From: Macrostomum lignano
Lineage: Eukaryota
Direction of reading: 5' to 3'
NCBI GenBank assembly: GCA_002269645.1
Contig: NIVC01000424.1
Span: 1-64,000, forward strand
Length of the DNA: 64,000 nt
Of the stretch, positions 25,010 through 37,325 are shown in pieces (position 1 is the stretch's first letter; the number at the start of each line of letters is the position of its first letter). Below the pieces are notes generated by a model. It saw only the letters and a list, made by a program, of their open reading frames with translations. It was not told the origin of the DNA and searched no databases. Both the position numbers and the translations under genes were made by a program.

Positions 25010-25565
25010 TTGAAGCAATCGTGAGAACTCAAAAGCAGAGTTGAAGCAATCGACGTAAGAACTCAAAAACAGACCGTGAGAACTCAAAAGCAGACTTGAA
25101 GCAATCGACGTGAGAACTCAAAAACAGACCGTGAGAACTCAAAAGCAGACTTGAAGCAATCGACGTGAGAACTCAAAAACAGACCGTGAGAACTCAAAAG
25201 CAGACTTGAAGCAATCGTGAGAACTCAAAAGCAGAGTTGAAGCAATCGACGTGAGAACTCAAAAACAGACCGTGAGAACTCAAAAGCAGACTTGAAGCAA
25301 TCGTGAGAACCCAAAAGCAGACCGTGAGAACCCAAAAGCAGACTCGAAGCAATCGTGAGAACCCAAAAGCAGACTCGAAGCAATCGTGAGAACCCAAAAG
25401 CAGACTCGAAGCAATCGTGAGAACCCAAAAGCAGACTCGAAGCAATCGTGAGAACCCAAAAGCAGACTCGAAGCAATCGTGATAACCCAAAAGCAGACTC
25501 GAAGCAATCGTGAGAACTGAAAAACAGCCAGACTTGAAGCAATCGTGAGAGATCAAAAACAGACT
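25010..25565. repeat. 31-bp minisatellite with longer composite units
   Basis: GCAGACTCGAAGCAATCGTGAGAACCCAAAA and derivatives. Confidence 0.9.
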
Positions 25566-26129
25566 TTTGCTATTGAGCAGTCAACTCCGAGAATCACATG
25601 GAACTGTGGGAGCCAAACAACAGATTAAGATCAAATTGAGGGATGAGATAGAGACAGGAAATGAGATGAGATAGCGGATTACTTCTCCGACATTAAACAA
25701 AAGCAGAAATTCAGTGAAACGCAGAGCTTAGTGCTGCAGGAATGCTTGCCCTGTTGCAGAAACTCTCTAGAGAGTTTTGCAGAGAAGGACAAACGGGTTG
25801 GATGGGGAGAGAACCCGAGAGCCGAGCGATAGGTGCAGGGAAAAGGAGAGGAGCGCTTGAAGTTTTTTTGACCGTGCAAGGCTTAAAAATTAAACTGCGA
25901 TGCATCCCAGTGCTGCCAGGAAGGATGGACAGAGTAGCAGGCAGACAGGAAGGCAAAAGGGCTGCTGCATGGGGCGGATTCGCAGCCAATGACAGGCCAC
26001 GGACAGAAATATAGGCGTGCTGTTTTAAAACTAGCTCGCAGCGTGTAACCCGGAGCTGGACACGCAGCTAGAGGATCAGTCATCGAAGCTTTCAATAGGA
26101 GTCCCGCAGTTTGGCCACGAAGCTAGCGA

Positions 26130-27363
26130 ATGTCTGCGGCGGCTGCGGCGCTTTCAGTTCGACTGCTGTCATGTTTCACGGTCCTATCCGTGGTGTCATC
26201 GGCCGCTGCCATCGGCCACTCCGGTTGCGCTTGGCAGTCCTGTCGTCACGTGATCCTTGAATCCCCCAGCGATGACTCTAGAAGCTCGTTGAAGCCAAAC
26301 TCCGTCCTGACTGTGCACCGTTGCGAGCTTGACGGCAGCAGTTCGCCGAGCTACGCTCTGACTGCTCACGACGGCTGCAGATTGCCAACGGCGGCCGAGG
26401 GTCGGGTGAGCAACTTCAGCATGACTCGGGCTGGATTGCGCAGGCCTCCGCTTCGCGATCTGTGCCGCTTTGCCAATCTGACCTCGGTTGACCTGTCCGA
26501 GAATGCCATCGCGGAGTTCATCTATCCGCTGGAGCCGAGACTGCAGCAAGACTGTCTCCGACGTCTTCGCAGTTTGAGTCTTCGCGGCAATAAGCTAGTG
26601 CAACTGGACATCACACAGCTGCTCTACTTGGAGTCGCTAGAGGTGATGGACGTATCGGAGAATTCTCTACTAGAAGCAATCTTTGTCACTCACCTGCCAA
26701 ATCCACGTCGTAACCGATTGAAAACGTTGAACGCCGCCCGATGTCGCGTTAAACAAGTTGACGTGTCGCTGGTTCGCCTGGCCAGCCTGCAGGAGGTGAA
26801 CCTTAGCCACAATCAGGTCACCCTACTGACCAACCGGCTGCGTTGGAGATGGACCCTTGACGACATTAGAGCCGTGGAACGCGAGCGCGAAATTCGCAGG
26901 TCAACCGACGCGTCCTATTATCTGCAGCTGACGGTGCGACTGACGCACAACCAGCTCGGCCCTGAAGCCTTCGGACTTCGACGCCTCTGGGGCCTGCCAG
27001 TGCCGCCTCTCGATGGCGCTCCGGACGCGGTCGTCACCCGTCTGAAACTCTACCGAGACGCCTTCCAACCCTTCCTGCACGTGGACAACCGGGGCAGCAC
27101 CCTTGCCTGCGACTGTCGAGCTCTGCACGCTTGGCGATACTTCAAAAGCGCCGCCGCTGCCTCCGACTCCGCTGACAGCCGGATCAGTGGCGGTAGACCG
27201 TCGGCTGGGTTGTTTGCTCGGCGTAACGCTCTGGCCATCGATGCTTGGCTCGACTTGCCGTGCGAGCGCAGCGGCGGCGGTGGAGTCGACAAGACGCCGC
27301 CAACTTTGCTCAGCCTACAAGGCGACGAGCTGCGGTGTGATCACCGGATCGATTGTCCGTCAG
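26130..27363 (+). CDS. LRR transmembrane receptor exon 1 of 2; join(26130-27363,27608-29238) = 2865 nt, 954 aa
   Basis: Signal peptide; LRRs (LTSVDLSENAI, LRSLSLRGNKL, LEVMDVSENSL, LQEVNLSHNQV); LRRCT LACDCRALHAW...LPC. Donor TCAG|GTGAGA, phase 1. Confidence 0.88.
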
Positions 27364-27607
27364 GTGAGATTAAATCATTGATTTGGCCTATAATTCAGAA
27401 AGTTTTGGGTGCGTTTTACAGTTTAGGAAAAGAGGACTTCCAACGAACGCATCTATCGATTAACAAGTTAGAAAATTTTGTCATTTTAATGTAACGCAGT
27501 TTATCATAAACGTAGCGTTTTACAGACACAGTTCGCTAGACCAATCAAACAGCAAAACAACCCACTCTGTAACAAATCTTTCTGCCTCTTGCACAACTGA
27601 AAACCAG

Positions 27608-29238
27608 GTTGCCTCTGCTTCGAGCTGGTCGCCGATTCCAGCCTCACAGTAGACTGCACCGAAACGGCCAGTCTGACCGCTTTGCCACGCCGCCTCCCAG
27701 TCGGAGTTCACCGCGTCCGCTACCGGCTCCGGCTGAGCGGAAATCGAATTGCCGACATCACCGACCCGGATGCGCCAGCCCGAGCCGGCCTAGTGGACGA
27801 GCTCGACCTCAGCCGAAACCGTCTCGGACCGGCGTCTCATCTGATCGGCCTGCGACGTTTTACCAGTCTCCGCCTGTTGAACCTCACCGACAGCGGCCTC
27901 GTCGACTTGCCCGACGCCCTGCTTGACGCCGGAGCCGACCGCGGCGTTCGTATTGAACTCGGAGACGCCGAACTGGCTTGTCATTGCGACCTGTTCGAGC
28001 CGACTCGATGGAGTCGCATTTTAGCGGCCCTGCCAGACGAGCACCGACGTCTCCGCTGCCGCCGCTTGTCGCTGCTGGAGTTTCAACACCAAAATTGTCC
28101 GCCAACTTCCGCAGCCTCGACGGCTTCAGCAGCAGCTGCAGCGGGGGCTGAGAACTCTACAAACTCCATCATCATTCTGCGCGACCGACGTCCGCGGAAT
28201 GGTGGCGGCAGCGCTGTTGGTGGCGGTGAGGGCGGCGGTAGAAGCCCTGGAAATGGCGACAGCCGTAACGACTTAGTCGGCGCCTCGGTTCTTCTTGTTG
28301 TCGGCGTCGCCTCCGGAGCGGTTGTCGTGGCTTTAGCGGTGGCCACGGTGGCCGTGGCGGTGGCCAATTCTCGCAGATTTGCCGAGTTTTTTTTCCTTCG
28401 CGGCGGCGGCGGCGGAGGCGGCCAGTCGGGTGGCGCGGCCAGGCGGATCGCGGCGGCAACGGCTGCCAACGGTGCAGCGCTTTCAACTCACTCGGCCTCC
28501 ACTGGAGCCGCGGCGACCGGGGTAGCGTCGGCTACGTCAACATCCTGCAACTCGGCGACGTCGTGCTCTGGAGCCGGCTGCTATCCGCGAAAGTCGCCCC
28601 TGCTGATGCCGGCAGCCCCGTCTGTGTGCGGATCGGCTGAACGACAGCCGCTGTTTTCGTCCACCCGCTGCTGCGGCATCCCGCCAGACCTGGTGCCGCC
28701 GCCCTCCTGCACCATGGGCATCGGCGGCAGCCCCAATCCGCACTCTTCGTCGCCCTACGACCTGCCTCGCTACGTCTGCTCCGCCGATTTCGCCGCGCCT
28801 GTCGCTAGCGCCGCCGGTTTCCATGACAACAGTGCTAACGATGACAACGACGAAATTTCCGACAACGATCGTGACGAAAGCGACATCGACGACGAAGCGA
28901 GCGGAGTTGCCGGATTCGAGCCGGACCGCATCCGGCGGCCGGAGCTTCTGGTCGGGAACCGGCGCCTGGTGACCACCCTGCCTCTGCCAGTGCGACGTCG
29001 GGTTCTGCTAGCTAAAAAGCAGCAACAGCAGCAACAACGGCACCAGCGTCGGAGTTCGGGTAGCGGCATGGATTCGGTCTTGGGCGCGTGCAGGTCGCAG
29101 TCTTACTCGGCCCAGCCGCAGCAGTTCCCGCCACCGCTGCCGCCAAGACCGCAGCATCAGTCCCTGTCCATCTCCCCCTCCATGGCGAAACTGCTCGAGA
29201 CTATCGAATTTCCAATTGCCATGGAAACTGACGTTTGA
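27608..29238 (+). CDS. LRR transmembrane receptor exon 2: LRRNT, LRRs, LRRCT, TM helix, low-complexity tail, no TIR
   Basis: Acceptor aaccAG 27606-27607 in phase 1 completes CPSGCLC...VDC. LRRs LRLSGNRI, LDLSRNRL; LRRCT LACHCDL...LRC; TM LVGASVLLVVGVASGAVVVALAVATVAVAVA; tail has PPPLPPRP and ends ETDV*. Confidence 0.88.
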
Positions 29239-30074
29239 CGCTTGCCCGCTGATCAAGGCGAAATATTATCCGATCAACGATTCTTGTAATTCTCGAGGCT
29301 TGCTGCTCCAGATCCTATTTCTCCATCGCTTATCTCTGCCTCCCCCCGCAGAGGGGATGGAAATCCCCCACAGGACTAGCTGGGATCGCGTTGTAGTCCA
29401 CAGCAACTTTTTCAGTATTTTATTTTGTTTGATTGCCAGAACAAAAATTTGATGAGCGCAATTAACTGCACGACCAACAGGCACAGACGTCTTTGAAGTT
29501 ATTCAAATCCGTGAAAGGAAATTTCGTGCCCATCTTTCGTCGCTTAGCTTAGAAAGCCTTCTTTGGGATTCGATTTTTCTGTCAGCCTATTTTTTTCAGT
29601 TCGAATGTTGCCTGACAGTTTGAGAAGGTGGCGCCATGCTCTTTTGAGTCCTATCAGATGCTGGTTTTATTAGATTTACAGACAGCATCAGCACAGCATC
29701 GCTTTTGATATCAATGACCTTCTATGTGCACAATACAAGCCTCGTGCATTCGGTTGCCAGTTGGCATATGGAACTTCTATCATAACATACTTCCTCTTGA
29801 TCTTGCCTGAGCTGATAATAAGTTTAGCCTGAGAGGCATGAGATGGCCCTGTACGGTGAGACAGCTGGCCAAATATCAAAAACTCTTTGGGAGTCGCTTA
29901 TATACAATCGCAATATCTAAATCTGTTCCATTTCGGTTATTGCAAAAATCCATTCGAGCGTACTTCGAACTTTTTCCGTGGAGAAGGATTCTGATTTATG
30001 GTTTACTAAGGTTGTGAAATTATTCCTTTATAGAATTATTCAAGGGACTGTAGAGAAGAGGGCAAAGGAGAAGT

Positions 30075-30308
<234 letters not shown>

Positions 30309-30641
30309 ATTCCATGAGACCCATTTCCAAGCCCAGTTATTAAGGTGAGTTCTCGAGTTTTAAGGCATAGTAGGGCCTGTCCTTCAGATTGAGAACTAAT
30401 CATCAGTCGATAATCTTGGTTTCATTTTTGCGGCTTCGGCTTCTACCGCCTCCTTGGGAAACAAAAACTCTAGAAAAAAGAATGCCGCAGTTTTTTTTAT
30501 GATTTTTGATCCGAGCTTTTCTCGCCGGTGTGCTAAAGATTTGATACCCCTGCTGGCCTCAGCGTGCCATCGATTGGATTTCAGCTGCATTGATGTTGAC
30601 TCGCTGAGTAAAGTTTAGACAGGCCAGGCCAGGTCAGGTTC

Positions 30642-32015
<1,374 letters not shown>

Positions 32016-33067
32016 CAACCTAGAATACCCTAAGTTTCAGAAGTACACAGAGTCCATATAAATGTGAAGGCAGCGGTCCTGCACGAGCGGGGTAGTTACA
32101 CAGGACATGAGGCTGGTGGAGAAGTTCCTTATGGCGATGCCTCATTCTGCAGCTGAGCACTACTTGTGAGAATTCAGACACGTGCTCAAGCAGAGACTGG
32201 TGTTGCCCTGAATTTACTGGGAAGAAAATATGGAGGAAAATTGTCTAATGATTTTTTTGTTGCTCAACACATCTCCTCTCGCACCTCGCCTTCCTTGTTC
32301 ACGCGCCTCCCTCGCCTTTAGAACGCCAAGTTCAAGTGTCGTACTAGTGGAGGAAACAGCTCGATTTTTTTCCTCCGCATGGAACTTTTACGTACTTTGC
32401 AGTACTACTGTTAGTAATATGTTCCATTCATTGATATGAATGGTTTGCGACTCAAACTACTTGTAGGTAGTATACAAGTCGCCTCAAGGAAAGAGGAGGG
32501 AGGAGAGAAGGAAGAGAAGAGGTGAGAGAAGAGGCATAGCGGGCTGCATTTGTGCCCCGCGGATTGCTGACCCCATGGGCTAGAGGCATCCTGGGTCATC
32601 TTCAACTTTTGCCGATCAAACTTCATGCGCTCTCGATATTGAGCAAACTGCATTTTGCAACGATTCTCCCAGACCGGCATCCGGATAAACACATCTTCCA
32701 TTGGTGTTTTCTTGAGTAACACTCAAAGGAAAGGAAATTTAATTCCAATGATTTTTCACAACCTCGAAGCCTTACAGCCTTGAAGTTCCTTTTTCATTGA
32801 TGCTATCATATTGAAAATGTAACTAACATCCATTAAAGGATTTTGGTCAATTTGTCGAATCGTGTCATCATCCTTGATCCTTCGATCAGTGCCCTGATCA
32901 CTTTTTAAGGTTTAGGATATTCATTTTGGGTTGCAGTTGAAGGCTTGAAAATGATGCATCGAAAGAAACTATTTTGGAGTTGGATAGCTGTAATATAATT
33001 AATAATAATTGCAGGGGAGCTGCAAGCACCCTGGCCCAACGACGATAAGTCCACCCGTTCCACTGAC

Positions 33068-33530
33068 TGCGGCGCTAAAATGAGTGCCTGCGGCGCTAAA
33101 ATGAGTGCCTGCGGCGCTAAAATGAGTGCCTGCGGCGCTAAAATGAGTGCCTGCGGCGCTAAAATGAGTGCCTGCGGCGCTAAAATGAGTGTCTGCGGCG
33201 CTAAAATGAGTGCCTGCGGCGCTAAAATGAGTGTCTGCGGCGCTAAAATGAGTGCCTGCGGTGCTAAAATGAGTGCCTGCAGCGCTAAAATGAGTGCCTG
33301 CGGTGCTAAACTGAGTGCCTGTGGCGCTAAAATGAGTGCCTGCGGCGCTAAAATGAGTGCCTGCGGCGCTAAAATGAGTGCCTGCGGCGCTAAAATGAGT
33401 GCCTGCGGCGCTAAAATGAGTGCCTGCGGCGCTAAAATGAGTGCCTGCGGCGCCAAAATGAGTGGCTGCGGCGCTAAAATGAGTGCCTGTGGCGCTAAAA
33501 TGAGTGCCTGCGGCGACAAAATGAGCGCTG
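33068..33530. repeat. 21-bp minisatellite (~22 copies), probably inside a MITE-like element ending near 33640
   Basis: Unit GCGGCGCTAAAATGAGTGCCT. The same unit occurs inverted at ~59433-59535. Confidence 0.92.
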
Positions 33531-35123
33531 ACAACACGATTCTCAAAATAATGTGCATGTAGGAATTTAGTAATGTACATGTAAATGTTGAATTCTTGGC
33601 TTTGTCCCTCCCTCATCATAAAATCCATGGCGATGCCCCTCGCTCCGCCCCCATATATGTTGTGCAAATATCTAGACCTACACCTGCAATTTTAAGGCTT
33701 AAGCTGAGCATAAAGCATATGTGCCTTACCGAGAAAAAAAGTTTGCCTAGCCCATAATTTTCCAAGCTACTCTGTCTCACAGTTGCCTAATGCTGGAAAC
33801 CCTTCACGATCCAGTGCTTTATTTAGCTCCATTCATCGCCAAACACCGACTCGCGCGAAAGCAGCTCAGGTTCAAGTATAGCCAGCTTGGCAATGGCGTG
33901 AATTGTAATTTCCTTCGGAGCCTCAGCTGTAGCAGGAGCAGCGGCGCGATGTATTGATTATCAGCAATGACTATTGGCCTGTGAACTGGGACGACGTTGC
34001 AAGACAAAAGAACTGGCAGCATTGTCAAGCTGCTTTTTAACTTTCCAGACTTTAGACTGAAATTTTGAGTGACAACTCAAGGAGTACTCAAGTAGAAGGA
34101 CGGGAAAGTAAATTTATTGGAATCTTTTACTGATAAAATACGATCAGAAAACGGCACACCCAATGTTCATCCTTTGATATGTCTTACCTTCAAGTCTTGC
34201 CTTCATATTCATAGAGCTTTTTGTTTAGAAAAATATGATTCTAATGTTTATTTAATATCCTACCTACTGTACATGTCAGTTGCCTAAAAATCATAAATAT
34301 AGCACATCTCGACTCATTGGCTTTAATGAATATTTTTATCATTCTAAGCTCACTGTGTAACAGCATGTGCAAAGGAATGATAGAAGAGATTCATAAACCA
34401 ATACGTTGAGCTGTGTCATTTTTTATGATTTTAGGCACAGGACATCACGAAGGATAGTGATAAACTACAGATCTGTGTGATAAACCATGGAAGCCTCTTT
34501 GTTCGCTTCGCGTGTACAAGTTTAGTCTAAAAATTCCTTTGCACAAGGAATTCTTTGAATGTCGCTTCCTGGGGAGCGAAGCGAACATATCTGAGGCTTC
34601 CTTGGATAAACCGCAGCTATTACGAACAATAAATGCCATAGACAAAACCAGAGGGAATATTCTGCCAAAGCATCAAATTTTATTAATGTGATCATTTAAT
34701 TACTCCTTTGCTAATTGAAACGCTGAAGTTTACTTTTGTTTTAGAAACCACGAACCACTAGCTAATGCAACATGATAGCGCTAGTTTTGCTCATTCGTAG
34801 AATAAAAAATATTAATAATAGACCGACATAATTATTTACTGGAACAGTATTCGTGTGCTTGAGAAAGATAAAATGGTTTGCAATAAAACCATACTTGTTA
34901 ACTAAAAAATTTCAGATTTGAAAAGTTCATTGCAACAGCTTGTTATTAAAAAGAAAGATAGAAAAGATATAAACGAGCATCATTAGTTAAGTAGCATCGA
35001 CAACGAACGACGCAGACAGCTGTTGATACACTTCGTTGATATTTTAGTCCGAAATTGTGATAAAGGTATCATAAGTCTTCATCTTTTCTCAGGTCTTCTT
35101 CCATCCATTTTTAAAAAATTCAG

Positions 35124-35891
35124 TTATCCCTCAAAAGGAGACACACACTCGCAAAGAATGCTATTTGATCTGGCGTCTGATGTACTGAAGCCAGTCAGCA
35201 TTGGCTTCGAGCTCCATCTAACAGCGCCGGTGTCGCGAGAATTACTAAATTTCCATTCTCCAGAAGCCCAAAGTTCAGGATCGATGCTGGTGTTGCACGC
35301 GACCCAGTGCCAGGTTTCTTTTGGCTGCCGTTTAGCGAGAAAGCCGCCAAGCCAGAACGACTTGCCGAGGCTGTACTTGTTGTACAAATCATCAACGTGG
35401 CCCATCTCAATTGCGTCAACCACATCAGCCATGATCACCAGACCGCTCTCCGACTCGCACTTCTCTCTGCTTGGCCACCAAGTTCCAGAGTCATTCAGCA
35501 GCTTGTACTTCACACCGCACAGGTCGTCTTCGTAGCCAGACGGACACAGCGCGCCCGCCTCGAGTCCCGGCTGCTGCTTCACAAACACCCGGCCTCTCCT
35601 GGAGCAGCCGCAGTTCCTCACCGACTTGCTGCACTTGTCGAACACGAACAGCTGGCACGGACCGTCAGCCAGGCTGAACGCCTGACAGCGGCGGTCTCTG
35701 GCGCACAGCATTGAGCAGCCGGCATGATTGGAGCAGGTGCCGATGGTGCGGACGAACTCACGGCGAATGCACAGGTAGCCAGTGATGGGGTGGAACTTGG
35801 AGTTGCAGCTCAGTTCCGACAGTTCGACTGGTACAAGTGCGAGAAAAGCGAAATATAAATAGATTGCAATGGCCATTGCTTCTGCGAGCAT
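35124..35891 (-). CDS. Secreted PAN/apple + C-type lectin, copy A (intronless, 255 aa, no EPN motif)
   Basis: Signal peptide; PAN-like CSMLCARDRRCQAFS...CQLF; long-form CTLD CPSGY...LCG...EKC...FWLGG...WHW...LWASGEW...LCEC. Confidence 0.88.
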   Translation of the reverse strand: MLAEAMAIAIYLYFAFLALVPVELSELSCNSKFHPITGYLCIRREFVRTIGTCSNHAGCSMLCARDRRCQAFSLADGPCQLFVFDKCSKSVRNCGCSRRGRVFVKQQPGLEAGALCPSGYEDDLCGVKYKLLNDSGTWWPSREKCESESGLVIMADVVDAIEMGHVDDLYNKYSLGKSFWLGGFLAKRQPKETWHWVACNTSIDPELWASGEWKFSNSRDTGAVRWSSKPMLTGFSTSDARSNSILCECVSPFEG

Positions 35892-36099
35892 TTATGGGAC
35901 AGTTAGTGTAAAAATTAGGGTTCTTTAGCCTACATATAGATTGAAATGATGCAAAAACTGGCTTCTGGTGTTTTTATGCGTCTAGCTTTTCGCTTATAGG
36001 ATATCCAGTTAGCGAGTTAGCGAAGAAAGGAGTCTGGCATCGCCATGAATGACTGAGCCAATGGTAAAGCTTTTGCAAAAATGTCAGACTATCCAATTG

Positions 36100-36319
36100 A
36101 TGTCCTACTTGTTTTTTGATTGGTAGCTGCTTTGCGTAGCAACAAAGGAAGCTTTGACATGCCCGTTTAAAGTTCACAGGTGAATTGACAGCTTTTAGCA
36201 GTTTTCTTTGTGATTTTTTCGTCCTTAATAATACCAGCTTTGTTACCAAGGACAACTGAAGTTACGTTATATATACTACTTAAGTTGTCCTTGCTTTGTT
36301 ACCTGGCACTTCCGTATGA
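36100..36319. repeat. ~165-bp direct repeat (plus a 47-bp insertion here), second copy at ~37568-37730, bracketing the LINE fragment
   Basis: CCTACTTGTTTTTTGATTGGTAGC...TTCCGTATGA is present twice with few mismatches. Confidence 0.85.
36247..36293. mobile_element. 47-bp micro-MITE
   Basis: TIR CAAGGACAACT...AGTTGTCCTTG; 9-bp TSD CTTTGTTAC (36238-46, 36294-302); empty site at 37705-37713. Confidence 0.8.
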
Positions 36320-37325
36320 GGCCGGGCAGCAGGCGGTTGCGCAGAATTGCGTTCAGCAGCTTCGGCGTTGTGCATTCCAGTGCGATGCCCCGCTGGTTGT
36401 CCAGGCTGGTGGAGGCGCCTTTCTTCGGGATGGAGACAATCTTGGAGGTGCGCCATTGCTGAGGAGCTGAGGCGGTCTCGTTGCCTCTAAGGCTGCAGTG
36501 TTTGTTCAGCAGGCTGGTGATGGTTGGGGTGAGTTCGGGCAGCTTCAGGACCCTGGGAGGGATGGCGTCCACCCCAGCGGCGGCATCAGCTCGCATGGTC
36601 CTCAGTGCTCGGTCAACCTCGCCTGCAGTGATGGGGCCGGTGTTGAAGGCGCTCGCTGGGCTGGAGTGAAGTCCGGGATTGGCAGAAGAGGCGCAGTTGG
36701 AGCGGGCGCGTTGAGCACCTCGCGGTAGTGGGCGGCCAGTAGAGCCTTGCGGTGCTCGGTGGAATCGGCGCCGACGATGGTGCTGGGCCTGGGTTTCCTG
36801 CCTGTCAGCTGGTTGATGGCCCTCCAGGCAGCGCTATGGCGGCAGTTGTGAGTGGCGAGTTGGATTTCGCTCACAACCTCTTCGATGAAGGCTTCAGTCC
36901 GTTGGGCGTAGATGCGCTGCAGCTCGTCCCTGGCAGCACTGGACTGGTCGCTGTCATGGCCGTGGAGTGCAGCAGTGCTCTGCACATGCCGCCTTGCCTG
37001 GGAGATGACGGGATCGCGGTCCCACAGTGTCTTTGGATGGTTTGCCTGTCTCCGTGGGAGAAGCGCTGCAGCATCCTCAACAGCGTGATGGAAAGACTCG
37101 AAGGACTCGGCTGGAGCAGGAGTGGCGGCAAGCAGCTTGCGAAGGAAGGCCTGCCGCGTGTCCGGGTTTCTCAGGTCGGCCCAGAGCGGGTGAGGTGGCG
37201 CAGGCCGGAGCTTTTGCCAGTGCAGGTCGAAGTCGCATGCCACCAGGCGGTGATCAGATTGAATGCAGTCGGGGCGGATATTGAGGACTCTGCGCACCCT
37301 GGACCTCAGACCCCTGTAAATTAAC
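36317..37325 (-). mobile_element. APE-type non-LTR retrotransposon fragment (endonuclease end, linker, start of RT), frameshifted
   Basis: ...RPDCIQSDHRLVACDF (APE SDH motif); RADAAAGVDAIPP, WRTSKIVSIPKKG...NQRGIALECTTPKLLNAILRNRL (RT N-terminal domains). Confidence 0.9.

Noticed and set aside
27364-27494. End of the 454-aa ORF as a separate secreted LRR protein
   Set aside because: A phase-matched GT-AG intron (27364-27607) joins it to the next ORF and completes the CPSGCLC motif; the ORF tail is intron read-through.
32411-32722. Minus-strand ORF, possibly linked to ORFs at 30396-30590 and 29688-29879
   Set aside because: No recognisable motif and no consistent splice-phase model could be built.
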